Shown here: positions 36,322 through 44,316 of the stretch, piece by piece
Numbering within the stretch: the first letter of the stretch is position 1
How the letters are laid out: the number at the start of each line of letters is the position of its first letter
Virus record (IMG/VR): IMGVR_UViG_3300017766_001190
Coordinates: 1-44,353 of that record
Length of the DNA stretch: 44,353 nucleotides
Reading direction: 5' to 3' (one strand)
Source: a virus
Taxonomy: Duplodnaviria > Caudoviricetes
Notes under the pieces: generated by a model
The model's database searches: none
What the model saw: only the letters and a program-made list of their open reading frames with translations
Told to the model about the DNA's origin: nothing
Program-made: the position numbers and the translations under genes

Positions 36322-38054
36322 TATGCAACTCCTGTTGATCTAGATGCGGCTAAGGGATTTAGTGGTAAAGGAACACTCTTTACATCTTTTCTTAATCCTT
36401 TAAGCTCATTAATTAGTTGCTTGCTATTATCCATTTCGTCTTGTCTCCATCTAGCTTCAAAAGCTAACTGATCTCTTTGGATTTGAGAAACTGATTGATT
36501 TGGAGAATCAAACATCTCTACAGCATTTGAGCTTACAGACTTTTTCATTATGTCATCTGAAGGTCTGACTCTTGGTTTTTCTATAACTGAAGCTCTTCGT
36601 GTTGCAGCCTCTTTTGCTTTTTCTTCATTATATTGATCATTTGCGTATGTATATAACATATCCGCACCTGCAAGACCTATCCCTGCTAATCCTGCAAATT
36701 TTCCAAGTGTTCCAAGTGCTGTTCCTGCTCTTCCAGTTGCAAATCTTCCTAACATTGTTCCTTTTGAACCAGATTTAACTGCTCTTGCTTGTGATGCAGC
36801 AGCGGCAGATACGTTTCTTCCTAAAATACTCAGAGTTTGTTGAGCGGCCATTCCTGTTAATATAGCACGCATACTTTGCTGAACCGCTAATGACTGAGCC
36901 GCAGTTGTTGCTAAATCTTCGGAGGCAGTATATGCTAATTTATCTGTAGTGGTAAATATCTTACCAAAGATAGCTTCCATACTTTCATCCGCAGTATGTT
37001 GTTCATCAGCAGCTTTTTCAGCTTTCATATCTGCATTTTCAACAGCGTTTAATAATAATCCAAAATCTCCTGTAAGTCCATCTATTGCACCATAGGATAA
37101 TTGAGCTAATCCTGCTCCTTTTTCAAAACCTTTAAATAAAGACTTCTGAGAAGCTGCTCCAGTCCTAACTATCTCTTCTAATAATCTAACTTGTTCTTCA
37201 GGATCATTTGATCTTAAAAACTGACTTACTTGATCTTCTATACCAAGAATAACTTGTTGTCCTAATGACTCACTTGACATTAAATTAGAAATAAGACCTT
37301 GAACTATTTCTTCTGATCCTTCTCCAAACTTAGCTGTAAATTGGGCTATTGCAGCAGTAAATGCTTTTGTATTGCCCATCAAGTTAGTTTTTAAATACTC
37401 TTTTTTTAGACCATCAAGAGCATTTACAAGTGTTTCTGTTTTAGTTCCATAAGTTCTAGAAGAATGCTCTAAGCTAACGGATAAGTAGTCTAACTCATCA
37501 TTAGTGAGTCCACCAAGAACTTGGCCTTGTTTTAAAGTACTAACTAGTTTTCTAGAATCTTGATTAGTAATATTCATAGACGCAACTAAGTCCCTCATGG
37601 AATCTGGCATACTTTCAAATCCAGCTTGCAATCCAACCATGACTGCTTCCATTTGAGTAGAGAATCCACCTAATCCTTCAGTTAATTCTTTTTCTCTACC
37701 TCTAATAAGCTCTAAGGGAGTTGTTCCATATCCTAATGCTGTGGCTCTATCAGCCTTAGCTTTGTCAAACATAGCCTCGGCTCTTGTAGCAAACTGAGCT
37801 AATCCAAAAGGAGCCATGTTAGCTAATGCATAGTTTCTATATTGCTTAGAGAATATACTTTCTAACTTAACTCTATCTCTAGTTTGATCTATACTTCTAG
37901 CTTCAATCCTTAATTTAAGGTTTTCTTGAACAATTCTTTGTTGTTCTAGTTTAGCCAAAGCAGCAGCATGAGCCAGTCTTTCTCTCTCTAGCTTTGCAGC
38001 AGCCCTACCCGCAGGAGTAGAAGTGTCAATATCTGGTTTTGGTGGTTCAGCCAT
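36321..38054 (-). CDS. Tape-measure-like protein
   Basis: 577 aa, Ala/Gly/Gln-rich and helical, with a hydrophobic LGTLGKFAGLAGIGLAGA segment. It occupies the canonical position upstream of the tube initiator. Confidence 0.65.
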   Translation of the reverse strand: MAEPPKPDIDTSTPAGRAAAKLERERLAHAAALAKLEQQRIVQENLKLRIEARSIDQTRDRVKLESIFSKQYRNYALANMAPFGLAQFATRAEAMFDKAKADRATALGYGTTPLELIRGREKELTEGLGGFSTQMEAVMVGLQAGFESMPDSMRDLVASMNITNQDSRKLVSTLKQGQVLGGLTNDELDYLSVSLEHSSRTYGTKTETLVNALDGLKKEYLKTNLMGNTKAFTAAIAQFTAKFGEGSEEIVQGLISNLMSSESLGQQVILGIEDQVSQFLRSNDPEEQVRLLEEIVRTGAASQKSLFKGFEKGAGLAQLSYGAIDGLTGDFGLLLNAVENADMKAEKAADEQHTADESMEAIFGKIFTTTDKLAYTASEDLATTAAQSLAVQQSMRAILTGMAAQQTLSILGRNVSAAAASQARAVKSGSKGTMLGRFATGRAGTALGTLGKFAGLAGIGLAGADMLYTYANDQYNEEKAKEAATRRASVIEKPRVRPSDDIMKKSVSSNAVEMFDSPNQSVSQIQRDQLAFEARWRQDEMDNSKQLINELKGLRKDVKSVPLPLNPLAASRSTGVA

Positions 38055-38512
38055 TATTCTTCTTCTGTTTCTAAGTCTTCATCATCTGGAAGAGCTTTTC
38101 TATCAATATATATCTTATGTAAAGAATATATATTACTTATCTTGTATGTGCGATAATTTAGTTTACCCAATAAAGCCTCTAAACCTTCTACCATTATTTG
38201 TCTTTCAGCTAATTTAGTTCTATTGTATACTCTTTTTAATATAAAATTTAAAACAAATTTAGGGGCATCACTTAATCTAAAGCAACTTAAAAGAATATTA
38301 TCTCTCATACTAAGATAACTTATTCTTCCAGTATCGTTTTTAACTATTAAACATAGTCTTTTACCTGTAGGAAGAGTATCTATAGTATAACTGAAATGGA
38401 CTAGGTTTCCCGGTCTAAGATGCATTAATGCAACTGGAACAGGAACTATGTCAGCCTTAGACTGATTTAATCCTTTTAATTCTGATCTTATTTGCTTTTC
38501 AATTGTGGGCAT
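38054..38512 (-). CDS. Hypothetical protein (weak resemblance to gp2-like DNA end protector)
   Basis: 152 aa with PGNLVHFSY and NYRTYKIS motifs. The resemblance is from memory only. Confidence 0.5.
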   Translation of the reverse strand: MPTIEKQIRSELKGLNQSKADIVPVPVALMHLRPGNLVHFSYTIDTLPTGKRLCLIVKNDTGRISYLSMRDNILLSCFRLSDAPKFVLNFILKRVYNRTKLAERQIMVEGLEALLGKLNYRTYKISNIYSLHKIYIDRKALPDDEDLETEEE

Positions 38513-38520
38513 AACTTACA

Positions 38521-38532
38521 TATTATATTTAG
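38521..38532 (-). promoter_or_regulatory. Putative late promoter CTAAATATAATA heading the tail/baseplate operon
   Basis: 11/12 identical to 42611-42622. It lies in a 20-bp divergent gap. Confidence 0.55.
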
Positions 38533-38826
38533 ATGGATTCCACAGAAGCACAATTAGTTGATTTAATAGAACTACTAGACTATACCTTTAGTAACGACTT
38601 TTTAGAAAGTTGGAGACATAAGTATAGTGAGAAGTTTATAAAACAGTTCCAGAATAAATTATTGGAAGTTATGAAAGAAAATAAGCCAATAAAGATAAAA
38701 ACTCTTACTTATTTCTTAAGAAAGAATAATAAGTACTCTTTAGCTCAGGTTATAAATTTTTATAGGTCAATTGACATATCATTATACTATCCAGTTGTTC
38801 AAGGACGTATAAATGACCTTATTTGA
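38533..38826 (+). CDS. Hypothetical protein
   Basis: 97-aa ORF filling the space between two minus-strand genes. Confidence 0.7.
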   Translation: MDSTEAQLVDLIELLDYTFSNDFLESWRHKYSEKFIKQFQNKLLEVMKENKPIKIKTLTYFLRKNNKYSLAQVINFYRSIDISLYYPVVQGRINDLI

Positions 38827-38956
38827 TGACGATGATTGGTTTACAAGGAACGTAAAGTTCAGGTACATAGAGACATTTAATCCTGAACTAGGCTGTCTGG
38901 CTGTTGGATTCCTTTTCCTGTCTATCCTTTTCGGCCTTATCAGCCTTATTTTTTAA
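38813..38956 (+). CDS. Candidate 47-aa membrane peptide, partly antisense to the nuclease 3' end
   Basis: MTLFDDDDWFTRNVKFRYIETFNPELGCLAVGFLFLSILFGLISLIF*. AAGGA lies 7 nt upstream and the ORF overlaps the stop of 38533..38826. Confidence 0.4.
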   Translation: MTLFDDDDWFTRNVKFRYIETFNPELGCLAVGFLFLSILFGLISLIF

Positions 38957-39715
38957 TAGTTCCTTATTTTCAGTAATTAACTTATTTATAGTAGGTTGAT
39001 CTGTAAATATTGGGCAAACGTACTTAAACCCACACCAATCACAAAACCGATTTCTTATAGGCAAGAAATCGGCTTTAGACTTTTTTCGTATAGTCCATAC
39101 CTCATTTTTAATCTCTTGTATAAACTTTCCAACCTGAGGATACTGGAAAGTTACATAAACAAAGTTTCCAGTTATTGGATAAAAGTGACCACAAGTAATG
39201 TTATTAATTGGAACATTCCAGTTCTTACTAAGAGTTACAGCATAACCTAAAAGCTGCTTGTCAGTAAATAACTCTAGCTTAGTCTTTTCTCTCTTGCTAG
39301 TTTTATAGTCGATGATCATTACAGCCCCATCATCAGCTTTTAATACTCTGTCTATGATTCCTGTATAAGATATATCATCTATCTTAAGCTCTTCTGTAAG
39401 CTCTAAACCTACAGTCTTAGCTTTAGATATCTTAGAATTAAAATCAAAGAAGTTTTTAAGGCATTTAGGGATTACTTTTTTATAGTCTTCATCGTACTTA
39501 TAAGTATCTTTAAGTTCATCTGCAATCTTAGTTAGCTCTTCTAAGGTTTTTGCATTCACACCCACCTCAAAAACTTTGTGAATGTAGCTTCCAAATGCCA
39601 TAGCAGTATCACTTCTTTGCTCTGGCATCTTCTCATGATATCTTACATAATACTTATAAGGGCACTCTCTGTAGTTATCTAATTTACTGTTACTGGCTTG
39701 TACGATGAATACCAT
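38888..39715 (-). CDS. PD-(D/E)XK exonuclease, Cas4/AddB/RecB-like with four-Cys Fe-S signature
   Basis: S.SKL..Y.ECP, FGSYIH, E...GIIDRV...IIDYKTS, QL.GY and CDWCGFKYVCP. Confidence 0.9.
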   Translation of the reverse strand: MVFIVQASNSKLDNYRECPYKYYVRYHEKMPEQRSDTAMAFGSYIHKVFEVGVNAKTLEELTKIADELKDTYKYDEDYKKVIPKCLKNFFDFNSKISKAKTVGLELTEELKIDDISYTGIIDRVLKADDGAVMIIDYKTSKREKTKLELFTDKQLLGYAVTLSKNWNVPINNITCGHFYPITGNFVYVTFQYPQVGKFIQEIKNEVWTIRKKSKADFLPIRNRFCDWCGFKYVCPIFTDQPTINKLITENKELLKNKADKAEKDRQEKESNSQTA

Positions 39716-39738
39716 ATATATTATTACCCTCTACTATC

Positions 39739-39748
39739 TATAATTATA
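39739..39748. promoter_or_regulatory. Palindromic TATAATTATA giving a TATAAT -10 box on each strand
   Basis: It lies in the 35-bp gap between the divergent nuclease and primase genes. The + strand TATAAT ends 6 nt before the primase ATG. Confidence 0.4.
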
Positions 39749-39750
39749 CT

Positions 39751-40749
39751 ATGAATACCCTAAACTTAACTGAATTCTTGGAACCATATCTCACAACAAA
39801 ATTTAGTGAGTACAAGATGTCAGGTCAGAACTTCATGACTAATTGTGTGTTCTGTGATGACTACAAGAAGAAACTTGGTATACATATGGATTCAGGTCAG
39901 TATCACTGTTTTATATGTGATGCTAAGGGTGAGTTTGTAACTCTATACGCTAAACTAGAGAATATCTCAGTTTTTCAGTCTCAGGTACAACTAAACTACA
40001 AGACCTTCTTAGCAGAACTAAAACCTGCTAAGAGTTATAATACAGTAATGAGTGTCTCATCTTTAGAAGATGAAATTAACACTTTTGATCCTCTGAATCT
40101 AGAATCTCATGATAGCGATTGTGCTTTAACTCAAAGAGCATGGTGCTATCTTTACTCTCGCAAACTATTCGATTTAAAGAATCTAGAAAATAATAACTTT
40201 TATATATGTAAAGAGGGTCGGTTTGCGAATCGTCTGATCTTACCGTATATTTACAAACAACACATCTTGTATTTTCAGGGTAGATCTCTACTCGAAGGGT
40301 TAAAGCCAAAGTATCTAAATCTAGATGCTTCTTACGGAGTTCGCTCCGCAGATATTCTTTATCCCTTTGAACTATCACAGAAGGAAGTTGTAGTGTGTGA
40401 GGGACCGATTGACGCTCGTTCATTGCAACTCCAAGGGGTGAATGCTACTTGTACAACTGGATGCTCTATGTCCAACAATCAGATAGACATACTTAAGAAC
40501 TGGGGAGGTAAGATTATTATTGGTTATGATAATGACTCCGCAGGATTAAGTGGCATAAAGTTTGTTGATAAGCTTAGAAAAAGAAAGAACATGGGTCCAA
40601 TCTATGTTTGTCATCCACCCAAGGGATTCAAGGATTGGAACGATGCTCATATTAACAAAGTAAATCTATCTGAGTGGGTCAAGAATAATACGGTCAAGTA
40701 TGAGTTTGACAGTATAATTCAAGATCTACTAAGAAATTTGGAAATGTAA
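39751..40749 (+). CDS. DNA primase (DnaG / T4 gp61-type; Zn finger plus TOPRIM)
   Basis: CVFC...YHCFIC zinc finger, RLILP, FQGR, KYLN, VCEGPIDA, YDNDSAG and KDWND. Confidence 0.92.
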   Translation: MNTLNLTEFLEPYLTTKFSEYKMSGQNFMTNCVFCDDYKKKLGIHMDSGQYHCFICDAKGEFVTLYAKLENISVFQSQVQLNYKTFLAELKPAKSYNTVMSVSSLEDEINTFDPLNLESHDSDCALTQRAWCYLYSRKLFDLKNLENNNFYICKEGRFANRLILPYIYKQHILYFQGRSLLEGLKPKYLNLDASYGVRSADILYPFELSQKEVVVCEGPIDARSLQLQGVNATCTTGCSMSNNQIDILKNWGGKIIIGYDNDSAGLSGIKFVDKLRKRKNMGPIYVCHPPKGFKDWNDAHINKVNLSEWVKNNTVKYEFDSIIQDLLRNLEM

Positions 40750-41658
40750 TAGATCTGTAATGAAAGTTTGATTTAGTATGTCAAACTTAGCTTGAACGGC
40801 ATAGGTTCCAACAAGAGATCCTATATTTCCAGCTAGTGTTTCTGAGTGTGTTGCAAGTGTAGTAGTATCAAAGTTGAATACTAATGTATTATCACTTGTT
40901 ATATCAATTGTGGAACTTGTCTGTGCGAATGAAGATACCGTAACTTGTGCTGGTAAATTGGTTACACCTTCATTAATCTTCATTATCTTAAATTGTGGAT
41001 TCTGAATAACAGTATCCCTGAAGATATTCTTGATACTTTGATCAAGATCTCTGTTTCCTATATTAATATCAGTTGATATCTTTAAATCTACTTTAGAGCC
41101 TAATCTTAAATACTTTGGATGTAACTGGTTTCTTACAGTTAGTAGTAATGGCTCACTTAAAGTGTAGAATGTATCGTTAAATAGTGAGAACTTCTGGATT
41201 ATTGTTTGCCAAGATCCTGACTGGAATAACTTGGCTGTCCAGATCGCTATGTAGTCCCCTGTAGAGCTTGCAGAATTGGCTATAGTGCTTCCGTTGTAGA
41301 CTCCTGATAGCGAGACGCCTCCGTCAAGCACGACAGCGTATAGGCCCGTGGAGATCTTGTAGATGCCACTAGCAGTTGATCCGGGAGTGTAGTTACTTGC
41401 ATTAAAAGAGACGTTAGAAGTTAACGTAGACGAGTTTGCAAAATGCATTAAAGGAACTACGGAAGACGAAATTAAGTTGTCGCTATTTAAAACAGTATCA
41501 GGATAGCTATTGGCAGATAAAGTAAATATAGAAACTCCTGATATAGCATAAGGGTCAGTATATGTTCCTCCATTTAAGAAATAGGAACGAATTCCAACTT
41601 TCTGTAAAACAGAGGGTCTATTGTTAACGTCTACTATGCTATAACCGTTTATCTGCAT
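40729..41658 (-). CDS. Ser/Thr-rich putative virion structural protein
   Basis: 309 aa, beta-rich, with a composition like the tail proteins. It has a convergent 21-nt overlap with the primase. Confidence 0.6.
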   Translation of the reverse strand: MQINGYSIVDVNNRPSVLQKVGIRSYFLNGGTYTDPYAISGVSIFTLSANSYPDTVLNSDNLISSSVVPLMHFANSSTLTSNVSFNASNYTPGSTASGIYKISTGLYAVVLDGGVSLSGVYNGSTIANSASSTGDYIAIWTAKLFQSGSWQTIIQKFSLFNDTFYTLSEPLLLTVRNQLHPKYLRLGSKVDLKISTDINIGNRDLDQSIKNIFRDTVIQNPQFKIMKINEGVTNLPAQVTVSSFAQTSSTIDITSDNTLVFNFDTTTLATHSETLAGNIGSLVGTYAVQAKFDILNQTFITDLLHFQIS

Positions 41659-41659
41659 T

Positions 41660-41848
41660 TCATTCCTTTAGCTTACTTAATTTAGCTTCCACTTCTTTAC
41701 TGTAATATTTCAACAGTAAATTTCTCTCTAATCTTGTTAAATTTTTAACTTCTGTTAAAGTAGCAATTCCTACCTTACTTATCAATATATATGCCTCTTC
41801 GTAAAGATCTTCTAACTTTAAATTTGCGACTAACTCACTGTAAAAAAA
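41660..41848 (-). CDS. gp51-like / 'T'-like ORF reached by -1 frameshift from the upstream gene (not in ORF track)
   Basis: FF-YSELVANLKLEDLYEEAYILISKVGIATLTEVKNLTRLERNLLLKYYSKEVEAKLSKLKE*. There is no ATG. The frame opens exactly at T-TTT-TTT (41842-41848) after an in-frame TGA, and its stop lies 1 nt before the next ATG. Confidence 0.72.
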   Translation of the reverse strand, partial: FFYSELVANLKLEDLYEEAYILISKVGIATLTEVKNLTRLERNLLLKYYSKEVEAKLSKLKE

Positions 41849-42555
41849 TCAGCACCCATCACTAACTGTGCTATATTGACATTTTTACAGTCTTGATTAG
41901 CACAAGAATAATTAGCTTCAGTTACTACACCATATTCATTGGCTGTTACAGCGTTAATTAATGCTTTTGCATCACGAATAGGAAATCTATCGTCGTTTAG
42001 TAGTTGAGAGATCTGAGCCTTATCGAAACATTCATCTATTACCTCAATAAATCTCCATAGATTACTAACTTTACCATCAAATAAGGTGTTATCTTCTTTT
42101 CTAACAAATCTAACCTTAGCCTTAACCCCTAATACTGGTAAAGTTACTTCTCTAGGATCCTGCATATCGTCAGGAACATAATTAATAGGCATTAGACTCA
42201 TCTTGAAGTCTACGATATTCTCTGTTGAGCATTTAGGACACGTTACAGATACTTTGTATTCATCTCCATACGATATCTCTCTAATCTTATAAAGAATAGC
42301 CATTATATCCATAGTTAAAAGTTCAGAGATATTAACACCTGTAACACAATTTTCTAATATAAAGTCTATTAAATTAAACTTGGGATTAGATACTTGTTGA
42401 ACTAAATTTTGTTCATCCTTAAAAGTCATAGGTCTGACTTTTACTCCAGTATTGACATCAAATGATTTATAAAACTTACCTTTTGAAGGTAACTCAACCT
42501 TGAAAGATAAGTCTTTAGGTATACTACCCAGTAATTTGTCTGTTAGTGTGCTCAT
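41830..42555 (-). CDS. gp26: Baseplate hub assembly chaperone, T4 gp26-like
   Basis: VELPSKG.FY, VRPMTFKDE, D..AILYKIREISYG.EY.V..TCPKC, a second C..C motif, and C-terminal ADFF. Confidence 0.8.
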   Translation of the reverse strand: MSTLTDKLLGSIPKDLSFKVELPSKGKFYKSFDVNTGVKVRPMTFKDEQNLVQQVSNPKFNLIDFILENCVTGVNISELLTMDIMAILYKIREISYGDEYKVSVTCPKCSTENIVDFKMSLMPINYVPDDMQDPREVTLPVLGVKAKVRFVRKEDNTLFDGKVSNLWRFIEVIDECFDKAQISQLLNDDRFPIRDAKALINAVTANEYGVVTEANYSCANQDCKNVNIAQLVMGADFFTVS

Positions 42556-42610
42556 TTTAACCCTTGCTTAAGATATTTTAAGTTTTTCGGAGATTTTATG
42601 TAAATTCCCG

Positions 42611-42622
42611 TATTATATATAG
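42611..42622 (-). promoter_or_regulatory. Putative late promoter CTATATATAATA
   Basis: Same motif as 38521-38532 and 2431-2442. It lies upstream of the gp26-like gene. Confidence 0.5.
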
Positions 42623-42719
42623 AGGATATTTAAAACTGGTTAATGTAGATTAATCCTTACTTAAAGTACATAAACCATACATAACTATAATACAGTAAAA
42701 GAGTTATAAATGGTTAATT

Positions 42720-44102
42720 ATGTTGATTAAATGTGATGTACTTAAGTCTCAAATAATTACTGATAATCCTAAATTATTAAGTGCATTATGCTCTTTGTAT
42801 GCATTTAAAGTAGAAGGAGCTAACTATTCTCCTCAATATAGGAGAAAAGTTTGGGATGGTAAGAAAAGATTTATAGCTGATTCTGGTGTATTTAGTACAG
42901 GTCTTTTGTCTAGACTTTTAGAAGATTTAAAGAGACTAAATACAGTTCCTACTGTAGAATATGAAGATCCTACATCTGAGCTATATGTAAAAGATATAAA
43001 GCTACAAAATTGGGTATTTAGAACTCATCAAGAGGACTTAATAAGGAAAGCTCTAGATGCTAAAAGAGCTATACTAAAAGCTCCTACAGGATTTGGTAAA
43101 ACTAGTGTAATTGCATATCTAATTGATAGATTTAAAGATAAGAATGTTTTAGTACTGTTTAATAGAACTCAATTAATTACACAAACATATGACTTTCTAA
43201 CTAAAACAATTAATGTACCATACAAGATTGGTTTAGCATTTGGTGGTGTAGATGAAGGAAGTAATATAACTTTAGCTTCTGTACATAGTTTAGAAAAAGT
43301 AGTTGGAACTCCTGCTGAATATCCTGATATACTAATAGTAGATGAAGCACATGAGTTTTGCAGTGGTAAGTTTACTAGTCAGGTAATCAATGCCTTTCCT
43401 AGTGCTAAGTATAGATTTGCATTAACTGCAACAGTTCCAACAGATAAAGTAAAGTTGTATACATTAGAAGGTGCTTTTGGTCCTGTAGTATCCTCAATAG
43501 ACACTCAAGAACTAATTAATGAAGGATATCTAGCTAAACCAATTATTCAAGTAATACCTGTTACTTGTAGTTCTGCTCCAGATAACACAACATACCTAGA
43601 CTGGTACAAAGATTATATTGTTTGTAGTGAGTATAGAAATAATTTAATAAAGACAGTAGTAGAAAAAGCATTAAATAAGCCTAATTCAAAGATAGCTATT
43701 ATTGCAAACAGTTTAGAACACGCTCAAAAGCTGAATGATATTCTACCAAAATCAATTAAGTTAGAGGGTAAAGATTCTTTAGCAGATCGTAAAGATGCTA
43801 TTTACGATTTTGTAAAAGGTAAGTATAGAGTTCTAATTGGAACTAACATTTTACAAACAGGAATTGATATTAAAGAAATAACTCACCTAATAAATGCAAG
43901 AGGACTAAAATCTGAAATACCAACGATACAAGCACTGGGAAGAGCATTAAGAGTAGATAAAGATCCTGTAGTCTATGTTTATGATTTTCTAGATGAAGAT
44001 GGTTGGATACTGGAAAAGCACTCTAGATCAAGAATTAAGGCTTATAAAAAAGAAGGGCATACAGTAACTATAATGCCAAGGATATCAAATGGATCACAGT
44101 AA
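42720..44102 (+). CDS. uvsW: Superfamily 2 DNA helicase, UvsW-like
   Basis: N-terminal F.V.GA.YSPQYRRKVWDGK, Walker A APTGFGKT, DEAH, TAT, TGIDI and IQALGRALR. TATAAT at 42686-42691 upstream. Confidence 0.92.
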   Translation: MLIKCDVLKSQIITDNPKLLSALCSLYAFKVEGANYSPQYRRKVWDGKKRFIADSGVFSTGLLSRLLEDLKRLNTVPTVEYEDPTSELYVKDIKLQNWVFRTHQEDLIRKALDAKRAILKAPTGFGKTSVIAYLIDRFKDKNVLVLFNRTQLITQTYDFLTKTINVPYKIGLAFGGVDEGSNITLASVHSLEKVVGTPAEYPDILIVDEAHEFCSGKFTSQVINAFPSAKYRFALTATVPTDKVKLYTLEGAFGPVVSSIDTQELINEGYLAKPIIQVIPVTCSSAPDNTTYLDWYKDYIVCSEYRNNLIKTVVEKALNKPNSKIAIIANSLEHAQKLNDILPKSIKLEGKDSLADRKDAIYDFVKGKYRVLIGTNILQTGIDIKEITHLINARGLKSEIPTIQALGRALRVDKDPVVYVYDFLDEDGWILEKHSRSRIKAYKKEGHTVTIMPRISNGSQ

Positions 44103-44316
44103 ACTTCAACAATTCATAGAGAGTCAATTAGGTGAACTTCACTCTAATGAAAAAGATGAAATTCAATCTATAGTTAATGTATTAACAGCACTAGTTAATC
44201 AATCTAAAGTTAATGAAGATAGTTTATTATTATTAAAAAATGCGGAGGACTCTATTCGAATCCTCCGCGACAAACTTGTAAACCGTTATATTAATTTACT
44301 TAAGACTACAAAGTGA
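44089..44316 (+). CDS. Small helical hypothetical protein
   Basis: 75-aa ORF overlapping the helicase stop, with AAGGA upstream. Confidence 0.6.
   Translation: MDHSKLQQFIESQLGELHSNEKDEIQSIVNVLTALVNQSKVNEDSLLLLKNAEDSIRILRDKLVNRYINLLKTTK

Noticed and set aside
38888-39715. Cas4-like nuclease as evidence of a CRISPR-Cas system
   Set aside because: I saw no repeat-spacer array or other cas genes in the window. Stand-alone Cas4/AddB-like nucleases are common in phages.
2668-40423. Numerous short ORF-track entries antisense to, or nested in, long genes (e.g. 2668..2949, 2688..2939, 5096..5299, 9169..9423, 15881..16174, 38996..39250, 40076..40423)
   Set aside because: They lie within well-supported genes, mostly begin at non-ATG codons without an RBS, and have shadow-frame composition.
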